Source of the DNA: Candidatus Latescibacterota bacterium
GTDB taxonomy: Bacteria > Latescibacterota > UBA2968
Direction: 5' to 3'
Length of the DNA stretch: 64,000 nucleotides
NCBI GenBank assembly: GCA_965204745.1
Contig: OZ242010.1
Location: forward strand, 3,936,001-4,000,000
Part shown: piece after piece, positions 40,019-50,900 of the stretch
Numbering within the stretch: the stretch's first letter is position 1
Layout of the letters: every line of letters begins with the position of its first letter
The notes under the pieces: model-generated
What the model saw: the letters and a program-made list of their open reading frames with translations, nothing else
Databases searched by the model: none
What the model was told of the DNA's origin: nothing
Made by a program: the position numbers and the translations under genes

Positions 40019-41137
40019 ATGGGCCTTGTCGAAAAGTTGAATGTGGGCATCGTGGGGGCCGTAGGACGCGGGGCGAGTTTTCGCGTGGCGTTTGAAGCGC
40101 AGGAACTCGCCCGCATTCACGCGGTGTGCGATGTGCGCGAAGACGCGCTCGACGATGTGGCTGAACGCTTGGGCGCGGCTGAAAAATACGTGGATTACGA
40201 GGAGATGCTGGCGCGGTCTGAAATCGACGCGGTCGTGATCGGCACGCCCATGCACTTTCACGCCCCGCAGGCTATCGCCGCGCTGCGCCGGGATCTCCAC
40301 GTCTTGAGCGAAGTCACGGCCGGGGTTTCCGTGTCGGAATGCCGCGAATTGGTGCAGGTGGCATCCGCGTCAACCGCGGTCTATATGATGGCTGAAAATT
40401 ACACCTATACCCGATCCAATGTCTTGGTCAAGGAACTCGTCCGACAGGGGTTGTTCGGCGAGGTGTATTACGGCGAAGGCGAGTATTTGCACGAATTGAA
40501 GGCCCTCAACGAGATCACGACCTGGCGGCGCAAGTGGCAAACCGGAATCGATGGCGTGACGTATTGCACGCACAGCTTGGGGCCGCTGTTGCAGTGGATG
40601 CCGGGCGACCGCGTGGCACGGGTGTGTTGCGCCGGAAGTGGTCATCACTATGCGGACCCGCGCGGGGATCGGTATGAAAATCAGGATTCCTGCGTGATGT
40701 TGTGCCAGATGGCGAGCGGCGGACTGGTAAAAATTCGGGTGGATATGCTGTCCGAGCGACCCCATGCGACCGGCAATTTTCAGTTGCAGGGCACCAAGGG
40801 GTGCTACGAATCCGCACGAGAACGCAACGGCGTCAATCGCGTGTGGCTCGCGGATATCTGCGAGGACAAAAATGCGTGGCTGGATTTGACCGAGTTGGAG
40901 GCCGATTATTTGCCCGACATGTGGCGCGACCCGCCCGAAGCCGCATCGCGAGCAGGGCACGGCGGGAGCGATTTTTTCGAGGTGATGGATTTCATCCAAA
41001 GCATCGCCGGCGAGATCACCTGCCCCATCGGCATTCACGAGGCGATGGACATGACCCTGCCGGGGCTGATCAGCCAACAATCCATTTTGCAAAACAGCGC
41101 GTGGCTAGATGTGCCGGATTCGAGGACGTGGGTATAG
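40019..41137 (+). CDS. Gfo/Idh/MocA-family oxidoreductase
   Basis: VGIVG, IGTPMHFH, HVLSEV and YMMAENY motifs. Confidence 0.88.
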   Translation: MGLVEKLNVGIVGAVGRGASFRVAFEAQELARIHAVCDVREDALDDVAERLGAAEKYVDYEEMLARSEIDAVVIGTPMHFHAPQAIAALRRDLHVLSEVTAGVSVSECRELVQVASASTAVYMMAENYTYTRSNVLVKELVRQGLFGEVYYGEGEYLHELKALNEITTWRRKWQTGIDGVTYCTHSLGPLLQWMPGDRVARVCCAGSGHHYADPRGDRYENQDSCVMLCQMASGGLVKIRVDMLSERPHATGNFQLQGTKGCYESARERNGVNRVWLADICEDKNAWLDLTELEADYLPDMWRDPPEAASRAGHGGSDFFEVMDFIQSIAGEITCPIGIHEAMDMTLPGLISQQSILQNSAWLDVPDSRTWV

Positions 41138-41171
41138 CGTCAACTCCCACTGACCACTCAAAGGAGCGACC

Positions 41172-42647
41172 ATGAGCCTACTGAACGCCCTTGACTTGAA
41201 CGCCAAAATCGACAAACCCAATTACAAAGTCCTGATGGAAGAGCTGGAGATCAAAATGGGCCACCTCCAGCGAAAAGCGCGGGAAAACAATGTGCCCATT
41301 ACCATCGTGTTTGAGGGTTGGGGGGCTTCGGGCAAGGGGCGGTTGATCAACGAGTTGTTGCAAGTGCTCGACCCTCGGGGCGTGCGCGTGCATTCCACGC
41401 AAGCCCCGAATGAAGAAGAATTGCTCCGCCCTTTTATGTGGCGGTTTTGGACGAAAATACCCGAACGCGGGCGCGTGGCGATTTACGACCGCAGTTGGTA
41501 CAGCCGGTTCATCGTGGAGAAGATGGATCCGATCATGAGCAAGTTGCCGGTGGATAAGGCGTATCAAGAGGTGAATGGGTTTGAACGCCAACTCGTGGAT
41601 GACGGGCATGTGGTGATCAAGTTTTTTCTGCACATCTCGCGGAAAGAGCAAAAAAAGCGGTTTCAGGCACTCGAGAAGAACCCGATGACCTCGTGGCGCG
41701 TGACCCCTTACGATTGGAAGAAGAACAAGCAATACAGGTCGTATCGGGACGTGATCGAAGAGATGATCGTGCGCACAAACAGCAAATACGCCCCGTGGCA
41801 TCTCGTGCCCGCGCAGAATTGGCGGTTTGCCGTGCTTTCGGTTTTTCAAACCGCGATCGACGTCATCGAAAAACATCTCGCGGCCAAAAAGACCCCGGCA
41901 AAACCCGTGCGCCTGCGTCCGATTGCGGCCTCTATGCTCGACGCGTCCAATTTGTCAAACGCACTCACGCGCAAGAAATACGACCGCCTGCGCCGCGAGT
42001 ATCAAAAGCGGCTGTGGGAACTCGAGCACGATGTGCATCGACAAAGGCAAACCGTGGTCATCGTGTACGAGGGCTGGGACGCGGCCGGCAAAGGGGGCAA
42101 TATCAAACGCTTGGTGCGGCGGATGGACCCACGCGGGTACGAGGTGATCCCCATTGCCGCGCCGAATGACATCGAATTTGCCCACCACTACTTGTGGCGG
42201 TTCTGGATCAAGATGCCCAAGGCCGGGCATTTTGCCATTTTTGATCGGTCGTGGTACGGGCGCGTTCTGGTCGAGCGCGTGGAGGGATTTGCCACGCAAC
42301 AGGAGTGGCAACGCGCGTACCGCGAGATCAACGAGATGGAAGAACTGATGGCAAATTACGGCGCGCTGTTGTTTAAGTTCTGGATCGACATCGACAAAGA
42401 AGAACAGTTGCGTCGGTTTCAAGACCGGGAAAAGGTGCCGGCCAAGCAGTGGAAAATCACGGATGAGGATTGGCGCAACCGCGAGAAGTGGGCGCAGTAT
42501 CGAGACGCGGTGGATGAGATGTTATACCGCACGCACACGGCCCACGCGCCATGGACCATCGTGGAATCCAACTGCAAACTCCACGCGCGCATCAAGACCA
42601 TGAAGACCGTGGTCAGAACGCTGGAAAAACATTTGATTAAGTATTGA
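41172..42647 (+). CDS. pap: Two-domain PPK2 (polyphosphate:AMP phosphotransferase)
   Basis: Two EGW.A.GKG and DRSWY motif sets. Confidence 0.88.
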   Translation: MSLLNALDLNAKIDKPNYKVLMEELEIKMGHLQRKARENNVPITIVFEGWGASGKGRLINELLQVLDPRGVRVHSTQAPNEEELLRPFMWRFWTKIPERGRVAIYDRSWYSRFIVEKMDPIMSKLPVDKAYQEVNGFERQLVDDGHVVIKFFLHISRKEQKKRFQALEKNPMTSWRVTPYDWKKNKQYRSYRDVIEEMIVRTNSKYAPWHLVPAQNWRFAVLSVFQTAIDVIEKHLAAKKTPAKPVRLRPIAASMLDASNLSNALTRKKYDRLRREYQKRLWELEHDVHRQRQTVVIVYEGWDAAGKGGNIKRLVRRMDPRGYEVIPIAAPNDIEFAHHYLWRFWIKMPKAGHFAIFDRSWYGRVLVERVEGFATQQEWQRAYREINEMEELMANYGALLFKFWIDIDKEEQLRRFQDREKVPAKQWKITDEDWRNREKWAQYRDAVDEMLYRTHTAHAPWTIVESNCKLHARIKTMKTVVRTLEKHLIKY

Positions 42648-42933
42648 TCTGCTGGTAAGAGGTGAGACGTAAGACGTAAGACGTGAGATGAAAGGCGTAA
42701 GACGTGAGATGTAGAGGCGATGCCTCTGTGCGTGCCTCACCGCTCCACCTCTCCACCCGTGCGTGCCCTGCCCGACACCGCCCTGCCAAGTGCGATCCCC
42801 GCCGCTACCCTGCCCCGCCGTGTGCGTGCCCATCCCCGGCCACCCAGCCGCCCAAGTGCGATCCCCGCCACTACCCCGCCCCGCTGTGTGCGTTTCCTTC
42901 CCCGCTCACCTTTTGTGCCTTTTGTGGCTAAAC

Positions 42934-43068
42934 TTGCCTCTCGCCTCTCACCTCTCGCCTCTCGCCTCTCACCTCTCGCCTCTCACCTCTCGCCTCTCAC
43001 CTCTCGCCTCTCGCCTCTCGCCTCTCGCCTCTCGCCTCTCGCCTCTCGCCTCTCGCCTCTCGCCTCTC
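42934..43068 (+). repeat. (CTCGCCT/CTCACCT)n heptamer array; opposite-strand relative at about 42655-42718
   Basis: Read directly. Confidence 0.9.
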
Positions 43069-43076
43069 ACCATCTT

Positions 43077-44210
43077 CTAAAACCATCGTTTGTAGTAAAA
43101 CGGGCTGGATTCGTCTGTGTTGAGTTGTTTGACGACCTCGTAGAACCATGTGTCCAGCGGCATTTCGTGGGCGTCCAAGCGCGGGAAGGGGTTGAAGTCG
43201 TGGGTTGACAGTGTTTTGCCGATAGCACCCAGCATGCCCAATCCCAACTCGGGCACGTCTATGCGGCGGATGCCCGCTTTTTCCATGAGTTTGTCATACA
43301 CGTAGGACATGGTCGTGCCGCCTGGGATAAAGGGCAACGCGCGCGTCCGCATCACGGGAAAGAACACATCCACCACTTTTCGGCGCGTGCCATAAGCCGC
43401 TGAGGTCGCTTCCTGAAGCGCGTCTTTGGGCAAGTACAGGCTCGTTGAGTACGCGCCTTGGCGCCCGTACTCAACGGCATTTGGATCGCGGCTCGGTTTG
43501 TCCAAACTGCCGCGCCAGTCGCAAAAAGCGGTCACGTCCACGGAAATTCCGGAGTCCATCAGCGCGTCTGCAAATTGCACGGCCATATCGCCCATCACAA
43601 AGCGGGTGGCTTCAATCGCACGGTCGGATAAGGGCGTCAACCGCCACTGGAACAGACCCTCGGCGTCGACGTCTTTCACGTACACGGGCGGATGATCGGG
43701 TAGCAATCCGGAACTGGCGGCGGCGACCGCGTTGATATAAATGACGTCTTGGGCATCCATCCCTCGTAGCGCATCTACAATCGCTCGCAATGCCTTGCCC
43801 TCGAGGCCCACGCCACTGTTGAGCCAGCAAAACCGGTCCCTGATGCCCGCGTCTTTTGCCCAATTCTCCATTGCTTTGCCAGTCGCATAGCCCAGGGATT
43901 TTGACAAATCCCGAGCGATGACGGTCAAACTGCCGCGCTCTGCGATGAGGCCCATCGCCGCGGTTGCCACAGAACAGCCAATGCCCAATCCGGTTCCGCC
44001 GGCAATGACGAAATGCCGGCCTTTGGCCCAGTTCACATCGCACTGCGTTGCGACAGTTTGTTGCGCGTTGCGGTTGCGGGCCAGCAAGTTCGCGGCTTCG
44101 GCAGGAAATGCTTCGACCTCTTCTTTGCTCGGTCGGGAAATCGCCGGCGCGCCTTCTACGATTCGCACGCCCGGCATGGGGGTTGCGAATGGACTTGGAT
44201 AGGTGCTCAT
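43077..44210 (-). CDS. Divergent trans-2-enoyl-CoA/ACP reductase (FabV/TER)-like protein
   Basis: AGGTGLGIG Rossmann motif, IEATRFVMG, Y-x7-K, TRALPFIPG resembling FabV segments. Confidence 0.5.
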   Translation of the reverse strand: MSTYPSPFATPMPGVRIVEGAPAISRPSKEEVEAFPAEAANLLARNRNAQQTVATQCDVNWAKGRHFVIAGGTGLGIGCSVATAAMGLIAERGSLTVIARDLSKSLGYATGKAMENWAKDAGIRDRFCWLNSGVGLEGKALRAIVDALRGMDAQDVIYINAVAAASSGLLPDHPPVYVKDVDAEGLFQWRLTPLSDRAIEATRFVMGDMAVQFADALMDSGISVDVTAFCDWRGSLDKPSRDPNAVEYGRQGAYSTSLYLPKDALQEATSAAYGTRRKVVDVFFPVMRTRALPFIPGGTTMSYVYDKLMEKAGIRRIDVPELGLGMLGAIGKTLSTHDFNPFPRLDAHEMPLDTWFYEVVKQLNTDESSPFYYKRWF

Positions 44211-44251
44211 GGTTGCTCCTTCAGTTGTCAGTGGTCAGTGGTCAGTGGTCA

Positions 44252-44582
44252 ATGCGAATAAAGCGTTGAATCCATTTATTGGGACCTACCCCCCTGGCCC
44301 CCCTTCCTGTGAGGAAGGGGGGAATGGCGAGAGGTTGTGCGAGGGGTTTGGGGTTCCAGGGCGTGATCTATTCGCTCAAAGCCATCAGAACAGCTAGGGA
44401 GACAAACTTTCAAAAAGCCATGCGCTCCCCCTTTCCTTGTAGGAAAGGGGGCCGGGGGGATAGGTCCTACGAGGAAGGGGAAGAACATCTCTCGTTGCGG
44501 AGAGGCGCCGGATGACTCGTCCATGTCTTTGGGCGATTGGTCTCGGCTTGCTTCCTACTCGCTTTCTACTCTTAATTCGCAT
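44252..44582 (+). mobile_element. Non-autonomous IS982 derivative (331 bp) inside a (GT[G/T]GTCA)n array
   Basis: Left end matches the IS end at 16370-16393 (2 mismatches in 24); right about 68 bp match 15367-15434; interior is a palindromic element. Confidence 0.8.
44281..44467 (+). repeat. About 190-200 bp palindromic MITE/REPIN-like element (copies at 47513-47714 reverse and 52600-52787; partials near 52513 and 59205)
   Basis: Termini GACCTA[C/T]CCCC...GGGGGATAGGTC with subterminal CCCCTT(T)CCT-AGGA(A)AGGGG hairpins. Confidence 0.8.
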
Positions 44583-44692
44583 TGTCAGTGGTCAGTGGTC
44601 AGTTCGCCCAAACCCGCCCCCCAAGTGGTCAGCAAAACAAGCGTGGCGTGGCGGGAATGGATAGCTGAACGCCGATGGCTTTTCGATGATTC

Positions 44693-47209
44693 TCACTTCT
44701 TCTCTTCCCAAGAGATGGCGAAGCCCGTGTTTGCTTCAAAGGCGGCGGCGCGGGTGTCAGCATCTTCGGGGATTGTCAACACCGGGACGACCAAGCGATT
44801 TTCAGGGATGTAAAATTTCGGGCCGCCGCGTATGACGCATTGTTGCGGGGTGATCGCACGGGCTTCTCGGGCGATGAGGGCTTGGTTGGCCGTGGGGCGC
44901 ACCTCGATTTTCCATCCGATCTTGTCGCTCACCTTGTCGAGCAAGGCGCGGTAGCGGTTGCCCACTTCGGGCGAGATAAACGCGGCCTCGATGTACCCAT
45001 TGCCGCGAAGCCCCATTTTTATCGGGGTGTGGGGTTGGTTCCAAAATGCCTTTCTGATCTCGGCGAAGGCTTTGTTGATCTCCCACGCGCCATCCCGCCT
45101 TGGTGGGCGATCTTCTCGTTGTTCGTCGCCGAGCCGATTCCAGATCAAGTCGATCCCGGTCTTGGCTTTGAATTTGGCCGTTGCGTCTCGGCTCAGTTCG
45201 TCCCAGTGTCCGGCGATTCTTTTGCCCACGGCAACGGTCAATATCACGGCGGCTTGATCCATCCGCAAGGCCGGCGTTTTTGTGACCTTCGCGCCGTTGG
45301 GCACGGCGGCGTGTGCTTCTTCAAAGACCCGTTCCTGATGCGGCGTTTCCCGTAGTCTGATAGACCAGCCGATTTCGCGTTCCAACTTGGAAAAGAGGTC
45401 GGCATACTGTTGTTGCGCCACAGCAGGAAAGTGAAAAGCCAGTTCAAACGTCCCCAACGCCATGTGGACGCCGCACTTGAACAACCCGGCCTCTGGGGGG
45501 AATGCCGCCATGACGCGCGCGCGCGCTTCGTTCATCTCCATTGGCCCGTCGTCATCCTGCGGGGTTTCGTTGAGGTGGAACAAGTACGGACGCTGTTCGT
45601 CTGGGGTGAAGAATTTTTTGGAGTACGACAACAACAGCCGAAAGACCTCCACCTCTGCGGGCGTGGTCATTTCCGTGCCGAACCACATCTCGGTCAATTC
45701 CTGCGTGCGGAACGGGCCTTTGGCGCCGGTTTCGATGCAATAGGCATGCACGTCCGCGAGCGTTTCCTCGCTCAAGGGTTTGTCGTTTGCAATGCCTGCA
45801 CGGGAGACGCGCCTGCCGTACCCGCGGCGCAATGTCTGCGGGGGTTCGACAGTATAAACACCGCCGTTTTCCGGCAGTTGTACTCCGCCTTGCACATGCA
45901 CATCCACAGATTGGGACAAGGCCCGCCGCGCCTCTGCGTCGCCGTGGACGAGAAAGCAGGTGTGCGGTTTCAGGGTTTGCACCAAGCCGGTGAGTTCGTC
46001 CTTGTCCGCGTGGGCGGAAAGCGAATAGGGTTCGACCGAGCACTTCACCGGCACGCGCTTGCCATTGAGGGTCAGCACGCGCTCATCCTGCTCTTTTGCC
46101 CGTATCAAGTCCAGCAATGCGCGCCCGGGGGATTCCTCATCTTGGTACCCGGTCAGGGCGATCAGGTTTGTCCCTTTGCCGACCAAGGTTTGCGCGTAGT
46201 AGGTTGACGCGCCGCCGTTCAACATCCCGGAAGACGCCACGATGCAACACGGGGGGCCGGACAACGCCTTCCTGCGCTCGGAACGCCCGGCCACCTCTTG
46301 GACCGTGTTCGAATAAAAAACGCGCTCCCCGCGGTTGATCCTGCGGCGCACAGGCGAAGCGAGATCATCGCCAAACGCCGAATAGATCGCATTGACCGAG
46401 CGCACCATCCCATCCACGTATATGGGAAACTCGGGGATTTGATTGCGCCGCATGGCCCGCGCCAAAATCAAAATGACCTCTTGGGAACGCCCCACCGCAA
46501 AGGCGGGGATCAACACTTTGCCGCCCATTTTAATGACTTCGGCCACGCGCAGGGCGAGCGCGGTTTCCTGTTGCTCGCGGTCCGCGTGTTGGCGGTTGCC
46601 ATAAGTCGATTCCAGCACCATCACATTGGGCCGACACTGCGGGATGATCATGCCCGGAATGGTCAGTTGATTGGCGACGGATATGTCGCCGGTCATCAAG
46701 ATGCTCTCGCGCTTGCCCTCGATGTAGATCGACGCCGCGCCCAAGATGTGCCCGGCCGGAACCCATGTGGCGGTCAATGCGCCGTCGCAAATCGGCACGG
46801 TGGTCAGCCAAGGCACGCCATCCACGAGGCCCAATGCCGCATCGATGGCCTCGGGCGGATACAGGGGCAACTCGGCGTCTTGGATGCCGCCCGGTGCCAT
46901 CAGGTTCGCCGCGTCCATCAACAAGACCTGCGTGATGGCCTTTGTCGCGGGCGTGGCGTACACCTTCACGCCGGGGGGCAAACTGCTCGCCAGCACGGGC
47001 AACGCGCCTGTGTGGTCCGTATGTGCGTGCGTCACGAGTACGGCGTCGGGCATGCCGACGTCGTCCAAGACCGAGAAATTGGGCAACCGCGCCCCCTGCG
47101 CCGCGCCCGGCCGAATGCCCGCATCCACCAGAATGCGGCGGCCTTCTATTTCGATGAACGTACACGAGGCGCCGATTTCGTCGGCACCGCCTAAAAAGTG
47201 AAGTTTCAT
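44693..47209 (-). CDS. Metallo-beta-lactamase/beta-CASP ribonuclease with long C-terminal extension
   Basis: FLGGADEIGASC, THAHTDH, AGHILG, ESTYG, FAVGRSQE, SAHAD and LVHG motifs. Confidence 0.88.
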   Translation of the reverse strand: MKLHFLGGADEIGASCTFIEIEGRRILVDAGIRPGAAQGARLPNFSVLDDVGMPDAVLVTHAHTDHTGALPVLASSLPPGVKVYATPATKAITQVLLMDAANLMAPGGIQDAELPLYPPEAIDAALGLVDGVPWLTTVPICDGALTATWVPAGHILGAASIYIEGKRESILMTGDISVANQLTIPGMIIPQCRPNVMVLESTYGNRQHADREQQETALALRVAEVIKMGGKVLIPAFAVGRSQEVILILARAMRRNQIPEFPIYVDGMVRSVNAIYSAFGDDLASPVRRRINRGERVFYSNTVQEVAGRSERRKALSGPPCCIVASSGMLNGGASTYYAQTLVGKGTNLIALTGYQDEESPGRALLDLIRAKEQDERVLTLNGKRVPVKCSVEPYSLSAHADKDELTGLVQTLKPHTCFLVHGDAEARRALSQSVDVHVQGGVQLPENGGVYTVEPPQTLRRGYGRRVSRAGIANDKPLSEETLADVHAYCIETGAKGPFRTQELTEMWFGTEMTTPAEVEVFRLLLSYSKKFFTPDEQRPYLFHLNETPQDDDGPMEMNEARARVMAAFPPEAGLFKCGVHMALGTFELAFHFPAVAQQQYADLFSKLEREIGWSIRLRETPHQERVFEEAHAAVPNGAKVTKTPALRMDQAAVILTVAVGKRIAGHWDELSRDATAKFKAKTGIDLIWNRLGDEQREDRPPRRDGAWEINKAFAEIRKAFWNQPHTPIKMGLRGNGYIEAAFISPEVGNRYRALLDKVSDKIGWKIEVRPTANQALIAREARAITPQQCVIRGGPKFYIPENRLVVPVLTIPEDADTRAAAFEANTGFAISWEEKK

Positions 47210-47720
47210 GAATCGCTCGCAGTTGTTGGTCTGCCTCCCTGTCCGCCCGGCCGTGTCTGAATCGCGGATTAAACGGATTACGCGGATTACGCGGATTACC
47301 CCACACATCCCCACCACCGCTTCATCGTTCCCACTCCGCTGTGTCCTTCGCATCCGCCGCCATAGCCCTATCCCTCCGGCCCCGTTATTCGCTTCGCTCA
47401 TTGTAGGCTACGCCTGTGCCTACAAGGAAAGGGGGAGCGCATGGCTTTTTGAAGGTTTGTATCCATGGCTGTTTTGATGGCTTTGAGCGAATGGATCACG
47501 CCATGAAAAAGCGACCTATCCCCCCGGCCCCCTTTCCTGCAAGGAAAGGGGGAGCGCATGGCTTTCTTAAAGGTTTGTCTCCCTGGCTGTTCTGATGGCT
47601 TTGGGCGAATGGATCACGCCATAGAAACCCAAAAACCTCTCGCGTAAATCTGTCGCAAACCCTCTCGCCATTCCCCCCTTCCTCGCAGGAAGGGGGGTTA
47701 GGGGGGTAGGTCCCAAAAAG

Positions 47721-47762
47721 TAAAGCCCGAGTTCACAGTGAACCCGGGCTTTTGTTTTTTCT
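47721..47762. terminator. Intrinsic terminator-like hairpin
   Basis: AAAGCCCG.GTTCAC-A-GTGAAC.CGGGCTTT with T-rich flank. Confidence 0.7.
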
Positions 47763-47779
47763 TTCGCATCTTTCGTCGT

Positions 47780-47950
47780 TCAGCCTGTCGAGCCAAAGCT
47801 ATCGGCGAAGATGAGGAAATCGTCAAAGTCAATTTGACCATCGCCATCGCACCGGGGGTCATATCGCTCCTGACCGAGGCGCGAGCCGAACTTGCTGGCA
47901 AAGGTCAAGAAGTCGGCGAAATTCGCATTGCTATCGCCATTTTCATCTGT
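47780..47950 (-). pseudogene. Relic EF-hand/dockerin-like C-terminal domain
   Basis: NGDSNANFADFLTFASKFG...RYDPRCDGDGQIDFDDFLIFADSFG, a damaged homolog of the domain in the 24624 and 34805 genes. Confidence 0.6.
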
Positions 47951-47970
47951 GGCGGTCAGGGAACAGGCTT

Positions 47971-50900
47971 TCATTGGAAGTGGGAGTCGGGATAGAGGCT
48001 TCGGATGTAGGGTTCAATGGCTTGAGCGGTCGTGCGCGTAGCATTTTGCTCGATGACGTTCCCTCTGACGAGGGCCTCGTTCCGGAAGAAGAGGACGTAT
48101 CGAATGATCAGGATTATATCCGAGAACAGCCTCACATCGCCATCGCCATCCACATCGAGAATGTTCTGATTGACCAACGTGTCGAGGTAGGGTTCAATGG
48201 CTTGAGCGGTCGTGCGCGTGGCAGTTGGCTCGATGACGTTCCCTCTGAGGAGGGCCTCTTCCCGGAAGAAGAGGACATATCGAATGACCAGGATTATATC
48301 CGAGAACAATCTCACCCGGCCATCGCCATCCACATCCAAGTTGGCACTCGGGGTTTCGTCATCGATAATCGTCCCTGTGCCTTGCGCCGTGCTTATGGTC
48401 GCATTGGTCGCACTGCTCAACTCGACGATCACGGTCTCGTTCTGCTCATCATCCGAGTCGTCGGTCACAGAAACAGCGATAGTCTGGATGGTATCGCCCA
48501 TCGCGAAGGTCAGGGTCCCTGCGGTGAGCGCGGTGTAATCGGTCCCCGAAGTCGCGGTGCCCGTGCCCGCGTCTGCATACGCCACCGTCACTTGTAACGT
48601 GCTGTGCGCTGGGCGTAGGTACACCTGAAAGGTCAGGGTCGCGCCGGTCGCGCCTTCAATCACGCTTGGCGAACCGATACTCAGCGCAGGCATGCCATCG
48701 TCATCGATAATCGTCCCTGTGCCTTGCGCCGTGCTTATGGTCGCATTGGTCGCACTGCTCAGCGTCACGATCACGGTCTCGTTCGGCTCATCATCCCCGT
48801 CGTCGGTCACAGAAACAGCGATGGTCTGGCTGGTCGTGGTCGTGCCCGCCGCGAAGGTCAGGGTTCCTGCGGTAAGCGCGGTGTAGTCCGTCCCCGAAGT
48901 CGCGCTGCCCGTGCCCGCGTCTGCATACGCCACCGTCACCGCCTTGCCGCTCACCGCATTCAATCTAACGGTGAACGTCAGGGCAGTGCCCTCAACCGCA
49001 CTCGGCGAACTGATCGAGAGCCTCGGCGGCGGGTCATCATCGGTGATCGTTATCACGGGCGAGAGGACCGCAATGCCCTGGCCCTGGGCGGACAAGTCCA
49101 CGTTGCGATCAGCTTCGTCTAAGGTGTTGTCCACCGCTGTAATGACCACCGTATCCGAAGCGTTCGCGGTTTGCCCGGCCGCGATGGTGATCGTCGAATC
49201 CGCCCCCACCGTGTAAGCACCGGTCACAGGGCGCACCGTGATCGTCGTCGCCTCGGTCCGCGACCGTGTCAGCGTCGCGGTCACGGTACTCATCTCGCCG
49301 TTTTCCGAGATCGTCGAGGGCGTCAGTGTCGCCGTCACTATCACGGGTTGTCGCTGAAATTGCACGGTGGTGTCCATGCCGGCATACTTCAGAGCCGGAT
49401 ACTGAAGCATCGTGCCAAAGGTCCACGGGTCGGCGCCGGCCCCTCCTTGGCCGGCGTTGTTCCAGTTGTAGTAGGTGTCGCTGGTGGTGGCACCGTAGGT
49501 GGTGGGGCTTAGGAGCTCGCGGGTGGTTTTGCCAGTGCCGCCGCGGCTGGTGGGTTGCCCGCTGGTTTGGGTGTCCCAGTGGCTATTGACTGTATTATTT
49601 AAGGTGGCGCTGCCGTGTAGGTATCCTACCAGCCCGCCGACGTTTGAGGTTCCGGTGACTCGGCCGGTGGAGTAGGAGTTATATATGCGGGGACCGGCAT
49701 GCTGCACATGCCCCACCAAGCCGCCGACCCTACTGGCTCCGGTGACGGAGGCGTGGGAGTAGGATGACCGGATGATGCGCTCAAGAAAGGCGACTAGACC
49801 GCCCACATAATTGCCCCCCGTAACCTTGCCGGTGACGTAGCAGCCGATGATGTTGCCGTTGTTGTTTCTTACCAGGATGGAGGTGCGGTTGCCTCCGGTG
49901 ATGTCGGCGTTGGTTACGCCGAGCGACTCGATGCGGCCTTCGCTCCAAAGATGGACGAACATCGCTTGGTTTGCGACGCCGGGGCGGTTGATGAACAGGT
50001 TGTTGATGGTGTGTCCGTTGCCCCTGAAGGTGGTTCTCCATGCTGCGGTGCTGCCGACGCCGCCGATGGGCGTCCAGCCTGCGCCGCCGTTCCAGTAGGC
50101 ACCGCCGTGGTCGTTGGCGTCCACGTCGCCGTCTCCGTCGCTGTCGAAGTCCAAATCGGCGATGAGTTCGTAGCCGGTGCATGTCCCAGACGGGCAACCC
50201 ATTCGGCTACCGGAGCGGGTGTCGCGGTAGAGGAATGCGGCGTTGTACGTTGTAGCACCGCCGCTTGTGGGAGTGCCTCTGCCGTATCTGTCGTAGCGCA
50301 TCGCGTTGAGTTGAGCGAGATTGGAGACTTCGATTAGGCGGTCGTTGTCCGAGTCGTAGTCGCCGGCGCTCTGCTTTGAGAGGTCATGCCCGCCGTACTT
50401 TAGCGACGGGTACTGTCTGGAGTTGCCGAAGTACCACGGGTCGTCGTTGCCCGTCTGTCCGTCGATGTTGGCGTTCCAGTCGGCGTATATGCTACCGGCG
50501 GTGTAGTCGGTGGGGGCCTGGAGGGCGGCGGTGGCGTAGCCCGTTCCGGCTGCGCTGTTGGAGCGGCCGCTGGTTGTGGTGTCCCAGTAGCTTGCGGTTA
50601 CGGTTGCGCTGCTGACAAGCCCTATTAACCCGCCGATGTTGTTGCCGCTGGCGTTGACGCGGCCGGTGGAATATGAGTTTGTTATGTTGCTGCTTATGGC
50701 CCGCCCTATTAGGCCGCCGGCATTATTGGCGGCTCCGCCGACGGAAGCGGTGGAGTAGCTAGAGCTGACGGACGCATTGGATGCGTTCATTAAGCCTACC
50801 AGACCGCCGACATCGCTTCTGGAGCCGCTTACCGCGCCGGTGGTGTAACAGGCGACGATTGGTCCGTAACTGGTGCCTACCAGAATGCCGACATATTCCC

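Noticed and set aside
47210-47401. Extended N-terminus of the beta-CASP ORF (likewise the listed starts at 1638, 24510, 52476, 60140, 62696)
   Set aside because: The extensions run through repeat DNA or the upstream gene; downstream starts fit motifs or RBS better.
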